From the NCBI GenBank assembly GCA_965216295.1, contig OZ244141.1, positions 161,819 to 225,818 of the forward strand: a stretch of 64,000 nt of DNA. Direction: 5' to 3'. Origin of the DNA: Minisyncoccota bacterium. GTDB lineage: Bacteria; Patescibacteriota; Minisyncoccia; Phycocordibacterales; JABAAK01. This document shows positions 1 to 7,990 of this stretch, piece after piece. Positions within the stretch are counted from its first letter, which is position 1, and every line of letters begins with the position of its first letter. A program made the position numbers and the translations under genes. The notes beneath the pieces are model-generated. The model was not told where the DNA came from. It saw nothing but the letters and a program-made list of their open reading frames with translations, and did no database searches.

Positions 1-1
1 G

Positions 2-1351
2 GTGGTGACGTTTGTTCCTAATCGCAATGAAGATGGTTTTGGTCTCAATGAACGAGGAATACAGAAACTTCACGAACAAGGAGTTACTCTTCTGTTCACC
101 ATTGATTGTGGCACTTCTGATCCAGAGATGGTTGCTAAAGCACGGTCAGAGGGCATGGATGTCATCATTCTGGATCATCACTTAGCTGGCACAACATCAC
201 CAAATGCCTATGCCATCATCAACCCAGTCCTTGAAGACACCATCCCTCTCCCTCATCCGTGTGGTGCTGGTTGTGTTTTTAAATTTCTCCAAGCACTCTT
301 GTCTCGTTACCGAGGAAGTCTTCCAGAAGGGTGGGAGAAGTGGCAACTTGATTTGGTAGGAATTGCAACTTTGTCGGATATGGTGCCCTTGTTTGGTGAG
401 AACCGTCTTTTTGTACACTTTGGTCTTTCAGTTCTTCGCAAAAGTCCACGACCAGGTATCGTTGCGCTGTGTCAGTTGGCACGAGTATCACAAAAAACTC
501 TGACAGAAGATGATATTGCTTTCACTATTGCTCCTCGCATTAACGCTGCCTCTCGTATGGGTGATGCACACGCTGCTTTCGCTCTTCTCATTGCAGAAGA
601 GTATAGTGTTGCCGTCACGAAGGCGCGGTACCTTCAAACTCTCAATGAAAAAAGAAAAAGACGGGTGGCAACCATTCTCCGTGAAGCGAACAAAAGGGTA
701 GCAGGAAAAGATACACAAGCGTCAGTGTGGGTGTTTGGAGATCGTTCGTGGGAACCATCCCTTGCAGGGTTAGTTGCTCAAAAAATACTTGAAGAACATG
801 GCAAGACTATCTTTGTGTGGGGGCACGGTGGTGGTGGTATTAAGGGTTCCTGTCGTTCTGTTCATCACAACACCTTCTCTATGATGCAGGAAGCACAGAA
901 TCGTGATTCTCTTTTTGTTGAATTCGGTGGGCACAGTCAGGCAGGTGGGTTCCAGGTGGTAGATGGCAACGAAGTCCTTCTTGAGGAAAGACTCAATAGT
1001 GTGGCACCACCTGCTACCGATGGTGTCAGCGTACCCTCTGTTGATTTTGAATTGCCGATTGGGAAGATTGGTGAGTCAATGGCAGTGTTGGATCAATTCG
1101 CTCCTTTTGGATGTGGGAACAAAAAACCACTTGTCGCTCTTCGCAACTGTCGTGTGGTTGATGTTCGTCAGTTTGGACGATACGGGGCACACACAAAGTA
1201 TCAACTGCAAGACGATACTGGTGACATTGAAGGTATTTCTTTTTTTACGAAACCCTCATCGTGTCGCGATGCGAGGGCAGTCCTTGGGCATCTTGAGCAT
1301 GACACATTTAAACAGGCACCGCGGATACGGGTAACAGAAATCATACAGTGA
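2..1351 (+). CDS. recJ: Single-stranded-DNA-specific exonuclease RecJ (DHH/DHHA1 phosphoesterase); 5' end cut by the window edge
   Basis: ORF open from the window start. DHH motif 'DVIILDHHLAG' and Gly-rich DHHA1-like 'GGHSQAGG' segment. Length and layout fit RecJ. Confidence 0.8.
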   Translation: MVTFVPNRNEDGFGLNERGIQKLHEQGVTLLFTIDCGTSDPEMVAKARSEGMDVIILDHHLAGTTSPNAYAIINPVLEDTIPLPHPCGAGCVFKFLQALLSRYRGSLPEGWEKWQLDLVGIATLSDMVPLFGENRLFVHFGLSVLRKSPRPGIVALCQLARVSQKTLTEDDIAFTIAPRINAASRMGDAHAAFALLIAEEYSVAVTKARYLQTLNEKRKRRVATILREANKRVAGKDTQASVWVFGDRSWEPSLAGLVAQKILEEHGKTIFVWGHGGGGIKGSCRSVHHNTFSMMQEAQNRDSLFVEFGGHSQAGGFQVVDGNEVLLEERLNSVAPPATDGVSVPSVDFELPIGKIGESMAVLDQFAPFGCGNKKPLVALRNCRVVDVRQFGRYGAHTKYQLQDDTGDIEGISFFTKPSSCRDARAVLGHLEHDTFKQAPRIRVTEIIQ

Positions 1352-2856
1352 GGAATTTCATTTTTATCATCACCGCAGGGTTTTTCTCCGGTGTTGTTAC
1401 CAGCTTTTTATTATCGTTGACCATTGCTTTTGTAAGTGGTGTCGGTGTCACTCTTCTTCTTGCAACGATAGTCATACTCATCGTTGCGCGCTTCTTTCGG
1501 AAGGCTGTGGTGATATCTCTCTTTGTGGCGAGTTTTTTCATTGGTGTCTTGGTGGGAGGCGGTGCTCCAATGCAGGAGAGCACACTGCCGTTTGAAAGGG
1601 ATAGTGTGATTACAGGAACAGTTGTGGGTGATATTGAACATCGCAAAAATACTGATCGCTATCTGGTTTCTGTTGAACGGGTGAATGGAAAGCAACAAGA
1701 AAAAGAAGAGCGAGTGTTGGTGTATGAACCTTACCCAACAGCATGCTCATTCGGAGATTTTTTTCAAGTTGGTGGTCGCATTACTCGCCCAGAACCGTTT
1801 ATAACGACTAGTAGCAGAGTCTTTCCATACCATACTCACCTGAGTAAAGACAACATTCACGGCATTCTCTTTATCACACAAGGGAAAGAGAGTACGGTTT
1901 GTACAGGCAGTGAAACGTATCACCGCGGCACATTTTTCTCACGAGTTCGTTTGTTTGTTGTTGGTAAATTAGAAGAGCATCTGCCAGAACCAGAGTCATC
2001 ACTATTGGGTGGGTTACTCTTGGGACTTCGTGGTTCGTTGACGACTGAGTTTCTTGAAGCATTTCGAGTGACTGGTCTCCTTCATATTATTGTATTGTCT
2101 GGATACAATGTTATGATTGTTGCCGAAGCGGTGCGTCGTTTAATCGTCCGACTACCAATTTCCAGAAACTATGCACTTGGGGTGGCAGGTATTACTATCA
2201 TTGCTTTTGTTCTTCTCTCAGGGGCACAGACCGCAGCGGTGCGTGCGGGCATCATGGCAACGATTGGATTGTTTGCCCGATTGTTGCATCGGGAAAACGA
2301 TGGACTCCGTGCTCTTGCTCTTGCTGGTTGCATTATGGTTGCTATCAATCCTGCGCAATTACTCTATGATGTTTCATTTCACCTCTCCTTTTTAGCAACT
2401 GCAGGTTTGTTGCTCTACACTCCTATCATTGAGAAAAAACTCCATCGCATTACCGATCGATTCCAGCTGAGAAATATTATTGCAATTACGCTTTCAGTAC
2501 AGATGTTTCTTCTGCCGTACCTCGCCTACCGCATCGGTGAGGCGTCACTGATTGGTGTTGTTGCAAACATATTTGTTTTGCCATTGGTGCCAATTGCTAT
2601 GGGGTTTGGGTTTCTGGTTATCCTTGTGGGAACGGTCATACCACCGTTGGCACCTGTTGTTGCTCCTCTTGCATACCTTTCAACGCATGCAATTGTGTTA
2701 ATTGCCACCATCCTTGCCGTACCAATGTATGCATCAATTGCACTCCCTACAATACCTCCTTTCGTAATGCTTATCCTCTATATTCCCTTTGTTGTTTTTG
2801 CTATACAGTGGCGCAAAAAGAATTCTTTTCGTGAAGAGACACCCATTAACGGGTAA
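1348..2856 (+). CDS. comEC: ComEC/Rec2 competence membrane channel, N-terminal and competence-domain part only (no MBL domain)
   Basis: Multi-TM protein with an N-terminal DUF4131-like region and the ComEC competence-domain block 'LLHIIVLSGYNVMIV...AQLLYDVSFHLSFLAT'. It overlaps the recJ stop by 4 nt. Confidence 0.75.
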   Translation: MRNFIFIITAGFFSGVVTSFLLSLTIAFVSGVGVTLLLATIVILIVARFFRKAVVISLFVASFFIGVLVGGGAPMQESTLPFERDSVITGTVVGDIEHRKNTDRYLVSVERVNGKQQEKEERVLVYEPYPTACSFGDFFQVGGRITRPEPFITTSSRVFPYHTHLSKDNIHGILFITQGKESTVCTGSETYHRGTFFSRVRLFVVGKLEEHLPEPESSLLGGLLLGLRGSLTTEFLEAFRVTGLLHIIVLSGYNVMIVAEAVRRLIVRLPISRNYALGVAGITIIAFVLLSGAQTAAVRAGIMATIGLFARLLHRENDGLRALALAGCIMVAINPAQLLYDVSFHLSFLATAGLLLYTPIIEKKLHRITDRFQLRNIIAITLSVQMFLLPYLAYRIGEASLIGVVANIFVLPLVPIAMGFGFLVILVGTVIPPLAPVVAPLAYLSTHAIVLIATILAVPMYASIALPTIPPFVMLILYIPFVVFAIQWRKKNSFREETPING

Positions 2857-3421
2857 GGCGATCAGCCACAACTTCCCAATTGATTGCGTTCATATATGCA
2901 CGAACGTAGTCACCTTTTTCTTTTGGTGTGTAATCACGAAGATATGCGTGTTCCCACATATCAACAGCAAGAATGCATGGAAGGCAAACACCCCCTATCT
3001 CATGATCAGCAACCCACACAGGGTGGAGTACGTTTCGTTCAGTGTCATGCAACACTAACACCCAACCAATGCCACGAGTCTCTCGTGCCATATCCGCTAT
3101 ATCCTCAACGAACGCTTCGAATGATTGAAATTGCTTCTCAATGATACTTTGCATATGAGAAGGACACGGACGTGGTCCGCCTGAGAGTGCTGAGAAGTAC
3201 AACTCATGGTTGATGACTCCTGCTAATTCAAAACCGATTCGTCTGGCTACCTCTGTGATGGTACGGGCGTTTTCTTTTTTATTTTCTTTAAGTGTTGTGA
3301 GGGTTGTAGAGAGCCCATTAAGGTTTTTGACATAGCCTTCATAGAGCTGGAGATGTATCGCCATGGTTTCTGGAGATATACCAGGAACGCTTGGGAGAGA
3401 AAATTGCTTCACCTTGTACAT
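2846..3421 (-). CDS. sodA: Fe/Mn superoxide dismutase
   Basis: C-terminal signature 'DMWEHAYLRDY' and N-terminal 'FSLPSVP...ETMAIH' block. The HHxKHH box is partly degenerate ('IHLQLYEGYV'). I placed the start at the internal Met (MYKVKQ), which gives about 191 aa. It lies antisense between the two comEC halves. Confidence 0.8.
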   Translation of the reverse strand: MYKVKQFSLPSVPGISPETMAIHLQLYEGYVKNLNGLSTTLTTLKENKKENARTITEVARRIGFELAGVINHELYFSALSGGPRPCPSHMQSIIEKQFQSFEAFVEDIADMARETRGIGWVLVLHDTERNVLHPVWVADHEIGGVCLPCILAVDMWEHAYLRDYTPKEKGDYVRAYMNAINWEVVADRLTR

Positions 3422-3449
3422 ATCAGCGATTAGTGTACCATAGCAAGGT

Positions 3450-4322
3450 ATGCAAACAGGGGCTGTGTGGACGGTGTGCTCAATCGCCTTGGTTGTGGTG
3501 GCAATTGTCACCCATTGGTGGTTTGTCTCTGTGGTTTCAGGGACTGGAACTGGTGCCTTTACTGTTCACTTCCTATCCGTTGGTCAAGGAGACGCTATTC
3601 TCCTAGAAACACCGCACGGCAAACAAATACTCGTTGATGGTGGTCGTGGTGGCGCTGTCATTCGTGCATTAGGTGAAGTGCTTCCTTCCCATGACGACAC
3701 TATTGATATTGTTATCGCAACACATCCTGATGCAGATCATATTGGTGGATTAGTTGGTGTTCTCGATCGCTTTCATGTTGATACTATCATCCATACTGGT
3801 GCAACAACAGATACCAGGGTATATAAATCATTTGCTGAACGAATAGCACACGAGGTTACAGAAGGTGCTCGTGAATATGTTGTGCAAGAACCGATGCATC
3901 TCACCATTGATGGTGTGACAATCTCGCTTCTCTGGCCAATTTTTGGTTTGGTGGGTGATAGCAATGCAGGGTCAATTGTACTGGTTGCTCGGTATGGTGA
4001 TGCAGGTGTGTTTCTCTCAGGTGATGCTCCTGAAGTAGTTGAGGGATATGTTGTTGATCAATTCTCTTCGTTGTTGTCTGAGATAGAGGTGGTGAAAGCG
4101 GGGCATCACGGTTCAAAAACATCAACAGGAGAGGCACTCCTTTCTGTCACTCAACCAACGTTTGTTATTGTCTCAGCAGGAGAGGCAAATCAATATGGGC
4201 ATCCGCACGATAGTGTTATCACTCGTATTAAAGAAAGCGGCGCTTTTGTGGTAGAGACAAAGGATGGTACGAGTACCTTTTCATCAATGGGGGAGCCGTT
4301 TGCTGAATTTGTACAACAGTAG
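3450..4322 (+). CDS. Membrane-anchored MBL-fold hydrolase corresponding to the ComEC C-terminal Lactamase_B domain
   Basis: N-terminal TM helix followed by 'FLSVGQGDAILLETPHGKQILVDGG', 'HPDADHIGG' and 'AGHHGSKTS'. These are the classic ComEC metallo-beta-lactamase domain motifs. Confidence 0.75.
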   Translation: MQTGAVWTVCSIALVVVAIVTHWWFVSVVSGTGTGAFTVHFLSVGQGDAILLETPHGKQILVDGGRGGAVIRALGEVLPSHDDTIDIVIATHPDADHIGGLVGVLDRFHVDTIIHTGATTDTRVYKSFAERIAHEVTEGAREYVVQEPMHLTIDGVTISLLWPIFGLVGDSNAGSIVLVARYGDAGVFLSGDAPEVVEGYVVDQFSSLLSEIEVVKAGHHGSKTSTGEALLSVTQPTFVIVSAGEANQYGHPHDSVITRIKESGAFVVETKDGTSTFSSMGEPFAEFVQQ

Positions 4323-4338
4323 TGTTATGAAGGTAAAA

Positions 4339-4372
4339 AAACGGGACGCACATACGTGTACGTCCCGTTAAA
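4339..4372. terminator. Bidirectional rho-independent terminator hairpin (AACGGGACG...CGTCCCGTT) flanked by A and T runs
   Basis: Perfect 9-bp stem read from the sequence. Lies between the convergent genes ending at 4322 (+) and 4396 (-). A near-identical copy occurs at 5351-5384. Confidence 0.6.
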
Positions 4373-4395
4373 AAGGTAAAGAACATGATTTTATT

Positions 4396-5193
4396 TCACG
4401 GCACTATAGCACTACCCAAAAAGGCATTCAGACGAAGTTTCACAACTGATGGTGCAAGACTTCCTATCTGTTTGGTCTTTCGTTCTGGTAGCACGGGGCA
4501 CTTGAAAATTTCAGAAGGTGTTCCAGGGCAATGGAAAATATGAACTAAACAACCACCCTCACCATTATCATATTTACAACTCTCTCTTAATTCCCCTCTA
4601 AGAGTCACAGCAGCAGTAGTGACTACTGTTGTGTCACCTTGTAAGGTGCTGGGAATAGTTTCAGCGTCTTCTGTAACAAAGACATCCTGAGCGGTTGTAG
4701 TAGTACCTCTCAATGTCGTTGTGTGCACCGTAATGGTGGGTTGCAACGCTTCGTCATATTGAACAAAGGTCTTTTTCGTCGTGTAGGCAACCGTTGTGGT
4801 AACCGACACATCACGAATAATTTTCCTTGTTACGGTTGTCACCAAAGTACTTCCATTCCCAACTAACCGTATTGTGGTTACTTGGGTCTTTTTAGTAAGT
4901 GTCAACGTTGTTGGATGCATACAACCCCCTGAGAGGTACCAGCAGTAATCTGCTTGTACTAAGATACCGGCTCTTTTCTTACCAGTATCAAGCCTATCAA
5001 TAAACCCAACACGACCAGAAGTCGGTTGAGTGTACGTGGGAGAGGTATCTTCGTGGTGTTTGTAAGCATCCTGCACTAACTCTTCAAGACCACTCCATCC
5101 GGGGATGTGTGTATCATTGTCGAATTCCTGAGCATATGCGGTATTGATATAGATTGTGGCAATAAAGAATGCCATGACTGTTTTTCGTAACAT
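4396..5193 (-). CDS. Secreted protein: internally deleted, probably inactive paralog of the downstream protease-like gene
   Basis: Signal peptide 'MLRKTVMAFFIATIYINTAYA'. The N-terminal ~100 aa and C-terminal ~190 aa are collinear with 5406..7823, including the conserved C-terminus 'CPGTPSEIFKCPVLPE.KT.Q.GSL.PSVVKLRL'. The catalytic core and Thr-rich repeats are missing, and the putative catalytic His is replaced ('KRAGILVQ' versus 'KRHGIMVQ'). Confidence 0.6.
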   Translation of the reverse strand: MLRKTVMAFFIATIYINTAYAQEFDNDTHIPGWSGLEELVQDAYKHHEDTSPTYTQPTSGRVGFIDRLDTGKKRAGILVQADYCWYLSGGCMHPTTLTLTKKTQVTTIRLVGNGSTLVTTVTRKIIRDVSVTTTVAYTTKKTFVQYDEALQPTITVHTTTLRGTTTTAQDVFVTEDAETIPSTLQGDTTVVTTAAVTLRGELRESCKYDNGEGGCLVHIFHCPGTPSEIFKCPVLPERKTKQIGSLAPSVVKLRLNAFLGSAIVP

Positions 5194-5350
5194 TGTTTGG
5201 TAAAACCTCCATGTGTAGATAGATGAAAAACAAAGGTGTGTCTGAGGAGAATTCCTCAGATACATACATCAGATATCATACAATAAAATAGAGGGAATGG
5301 CAAAAATACAACTTGTTGGTAGGGATATCGATAGAGGTGTGTATTGTATA

Positions 5351-5384
5351 AAAAAAACGGGACGCACATATGTGTACGTCCCGC
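5351..5384. terminator. Rho-independent terminator hairpin; duplicate of the one at 4339-4372
   Basis: Sequence 'AAAACGGGACGCACATATGTGTACGTCCCG', downstream of the minus-strand gene ending at 5406. Confidence 0.55.
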
Positions 5385-5405
5385 TTGAAGATAAAGAACA
5401 TGATT

Positions 5406-7823
5406 TCATCGAACAGCACCACCTAAAAAGACACGAAGACGAAGTTTCACAACCGATGGCGTGAGACTTCCTGTCTGTTGGGTCTTTGGTTCTGGTAGCA
5501 CAGGGCACTTGAAAATTTCAGAGGGTGTTCCGGGGCAATTGAATATATGCCTGACATTCCCTTCGTTGCGATCCCCAAAAATAGTCACAACAGTAGTGAC
5601 TATCGTTTTCTCACCTTGTAAGGTGCTGGGAATAGTTTCAGTGTCTTCTGTAACAAAGATATCTTGAGCAGTTGTGGTAGTACCTCTCAATGTCGTTGCG
5701 CGCACCATGCTGGTTGCGTACGACACTCCGTCATATCGAACAATAGTCTTTTCCGTTGTGTAGGCAACCGTTGTGGCAACCGACATATCACGGATAGTTT
5801 CCTTTGTAGTCGATATCACTAAGATACTTCCATTCCCAACTAACCGTATTGTGGTTACTTGGGTCTCTTTGGTCAGTGTCAACGTTGTTGATTGTTCTAG
5901 CAATGCCTTCTCTATACTCAGTTCACCTTCTCCTGTCGTCATGGTTGTGACTACTGGGAGAGTTGATGTTCTGATTGAAGAAGTCGTTACTCCATCGACA
6001 GTTGTTCTTGTTCCACGGACTAACTTGTCTGTGAAAGTCTGAGTCACTGTCTCTGTCGTAATGAGAGATCCGGTATATCCCACGAATGCTTGTGTGGTAG
6101 ACGGTGATCCTATCACAACCATCTCTCTTCGCGTTGAGGGTATCTGTATGACACTCTCTGTTGAAGAAAAATGGATAGTGATTTCACCAGAGGGAAGGTA
6201 AACCGTTGTGGTAGTGTAGACACCCATTCTCACAGACGTATCCGCAGAAGTGAGTGTAACAGTTGCCACTGTGGTTGTTGCAATCCCATCTTCCACCTTC
6301 ACCACGATTGTCGTAGTGTTAGTGGTAACCAGCAATGTGATCCCTTGATCTTCTGTTGTTACAGCTTCTGTACTCAGCTCACCGTCTCTTGTCGTCATGG
6401 TTGTGACTACTGGGAGAGTTGATGTTCTGATTGAAGAAGTCGTTACTCCATCGACAGTTGTTCTTGTTCCACGGACTAACTTGTCTGTGAAAGTCTGAGT
6501 CACTGTCTCTGTCGTAATGAGAGATCCGGTATATCCCACGAATGCTTGTGTGGTAGACGGTGATCCTATCACAACCATCTCTCTTCGCGTTGAGGGTATC
6601 TGTATGACACTCTCCGTTAAAGAGAAACGGTTGGTAGTACCTCTCGGAATGGTGTCTTGGAAGAAACCAATCTCCGCTGTCACCATAGTGTCTTCTGCCA
6701 CAGATGTATCCGTGGAGATTTCAATGAGAGTAATCACGTTTGTTGTGAGAACTCCATCATCTACTACAGCAACCGTTGAGGTCGTTACAACACGAGTCAC
6801 AACAGTCATTTCTGTCGTGTCTATTTGTGTTGTTTCTGCCATAACTCTCTCTTTCACAGGGAACAGACAGTCATGAGTTGCCCGTAACTGACCAACACCC
6901 CAGATACTATCAGGAGTAGTCACCCCATCAGGAACCCAGGTACACTTCCGCACTCTCTCGAACACATCAGTGGCAGTCATAGTCGGACTCACCTGTCGCA
7001 TACCCCACATCACCACCCCAACTAAGGGTGTGCCGAAGGAATTGCCTTCACCAATAGCACCAAAGTAATCAAGCCCAACAGCGAACCGAGACTGGATACA
7101 CCATGCCTCAGCACCAGTACAAACCTGATCAGTTTTATTTTTGCTATACCCACTCACTGTTAAGATTTTGCTCGTTGTGCGAACAATCTTCGATATCGCC
7201 TTAAACTGTGAAACGGCAAGTGATTGAGAGGTGGAATTTGCACTACGTATATTCTCTCCCGAATACACCAAATGAGCACCAGTACTCGGGGTGATGTCAA
7301 TGGGAAGGATAAACTCACAATCAGTATCAGGAAGACCGCAACCTTCACCACTAATCGTCCCTCCTTCGGCAGAGATGGTAACGATGTCATCGGAGATGAA
7401 CTCGTTACGAAACTCTAGACCCCAAGGAGTATCTGGTGCGTATACATACTTCACCGGAAGTCCAGTGAATTCGTAGTCATAAGGAAGATTTTTGAGTGTG
7501 GTTGTCGTAAACGTTGTCGGATACACACAACCATCGTCAAAGGAGCTGAGGTACCAGCAGTAGACCGCTTGTACCATAATGCCATGCCTCTTCGCATCAT
7601 CAGGCGACCCCGACCCATCAATAAACCCAACACGACCAGAAGTCGGTTGAGCATAGGTGGGAGAGGTACCTTCGTAGTGTTTGTAAGCATCTCGCACTAA
7701 CTCTTCAAGACCACTCCATCCAGGAATCCATCTATCCTTGTCATACTTGATAACCTCTTGAGCATATGCAGTGTTGATATAGATTGTGGCAATAAAGAAT
7801 GCCACGATTGTTTTTCGTAACAT
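5406..7823 (-). CDS. Large secreted Thr-rich repeat protein with a putative subtilisin-like (S8) peptidase core
   Basis: Signal peptide identical to the paralog. D/H/S-like blocks sit in subtilase order: 'GRVGFIDGSGS', 'KRHGIMVQAVY', 'GNSFGTPLVGVVMW'. The call is weak and needs an HMM search. A 79-aa internal perfect repeat is present. The C-terminus is conserved Cys-containing. Start set at the internal Met with an upstream GGAGG. Confidence 0.55.
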   Translation of the reverse strand: MLRKTIVAFFIATIYINTAYAQEVIKYDKDRWIPGWSGLEELVRDAYKHYEGTSPTYAQPTSGRVGFIDGSGSPDDAKRHGIMVQAVYCWYLSSFDDGCVYPTTFTTTTLKNLPYDYEFTGLPVKYVYAPDTPWGLEFRNEFISDDIVTISAEGGTISGEGCGLPDTDCEFILPIDITPSTGAHLVYSGENIRSANSTSQSLAVSQFKAISKIVRTTSKILTVSGYSKNKTDQVCTGAEAWCIQSRFAVGLDYFGAIGEGNSFGTPLVGVVMWGMRQVSPTMTATDVFERVRKCTWVPDGVTTPDSIWGVGQLRATHDCLFPVKERVMAETTQIDTTEMTVVTRVVTTSTVAVVDDGVLTTNVITLIEISTDTSVAEDTMVTAEIGFFQDTIPRGTTNRFSLTESVIQIPSTRREMVVIGSPSTTQAFVGYTGSLITTETVTQTFTDKLVRGTRTTVDGVTTSSIRTSTLPVVTTMTTRDGELSTEAVTTEDQGITLLVTTNTTTIVVKVEDGIATTTVATVTLTSADTSVRMGVYTTTTVYLPSGEITIHFSSTESVIQIPSTRREMVVIGSPSTTQAFVGYTGSLITTETVTQTFTDKLVRGTRTTVDGVTTSSIRTSTLPVVTTMTTGEGELSIEKALLEQSTTLTLTKETQVTTIRLVGNGSILVISTTKETIRDMSVATTVAYTTEKTIVRYDGVSYATSMVRATTLRGTTTTAQDIFVTEDTETIPSTLQGEKTIVTTVVTIFGDRNEGNVRHIFNCPGTPSEIFKCPVLPEPKTQQTGSLTPSVVKLRLRVFLGGAVR
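5915..6165. repeat. Intragenic direct repeat, copy 1 (~250 bp; copy 2 at 6371-6621; period 456 bp), encoding a duplicated 79-aa Thr-rich module
   Basis: Near-identical DNA blocks beginning 'GTCATGGTTGTGACTACTGGGAGAGTTGATG...' at 5938 and 6394. Confidence 0.8.
6371..6621. repeat. Intragenic direct repeat, copy 2
   Basis: See copy 1. The encoded peptides 'FSSTESVIQIPSTRREMVVIGSPSTTQAFVGYTGSLITTETVTQTFTDKLVRGTRTTVDGVTTSSIRTSTLPVVTTMTT' are identical. Confidence 0.8.
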
Positions 7824-7990
7824 TGTTTGGTAAAACCTCCATATATAGATAAATGAAAAACAAAGGTGTGTCTGAGGAAAACCCTCACACACATACACCA
7901 TATATCATACAACAAAATATACAAATAGGCAATGTAGTTTTACACACTATGTATTAGAAATATGATAAGTCACGGATATACTACACTTGT

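Noticed and set aside
5406-5560. LPxTG-like sortase signal in the conserved C-terminus 'VLPEPKTQQTGSL' of the protease-like proteins
   Set aside because: The motif is LPEPK-T, not LPxTG, and is not followed by a clear hydrophobic TM plus basic tail. Sortase anchoring is unsupported.
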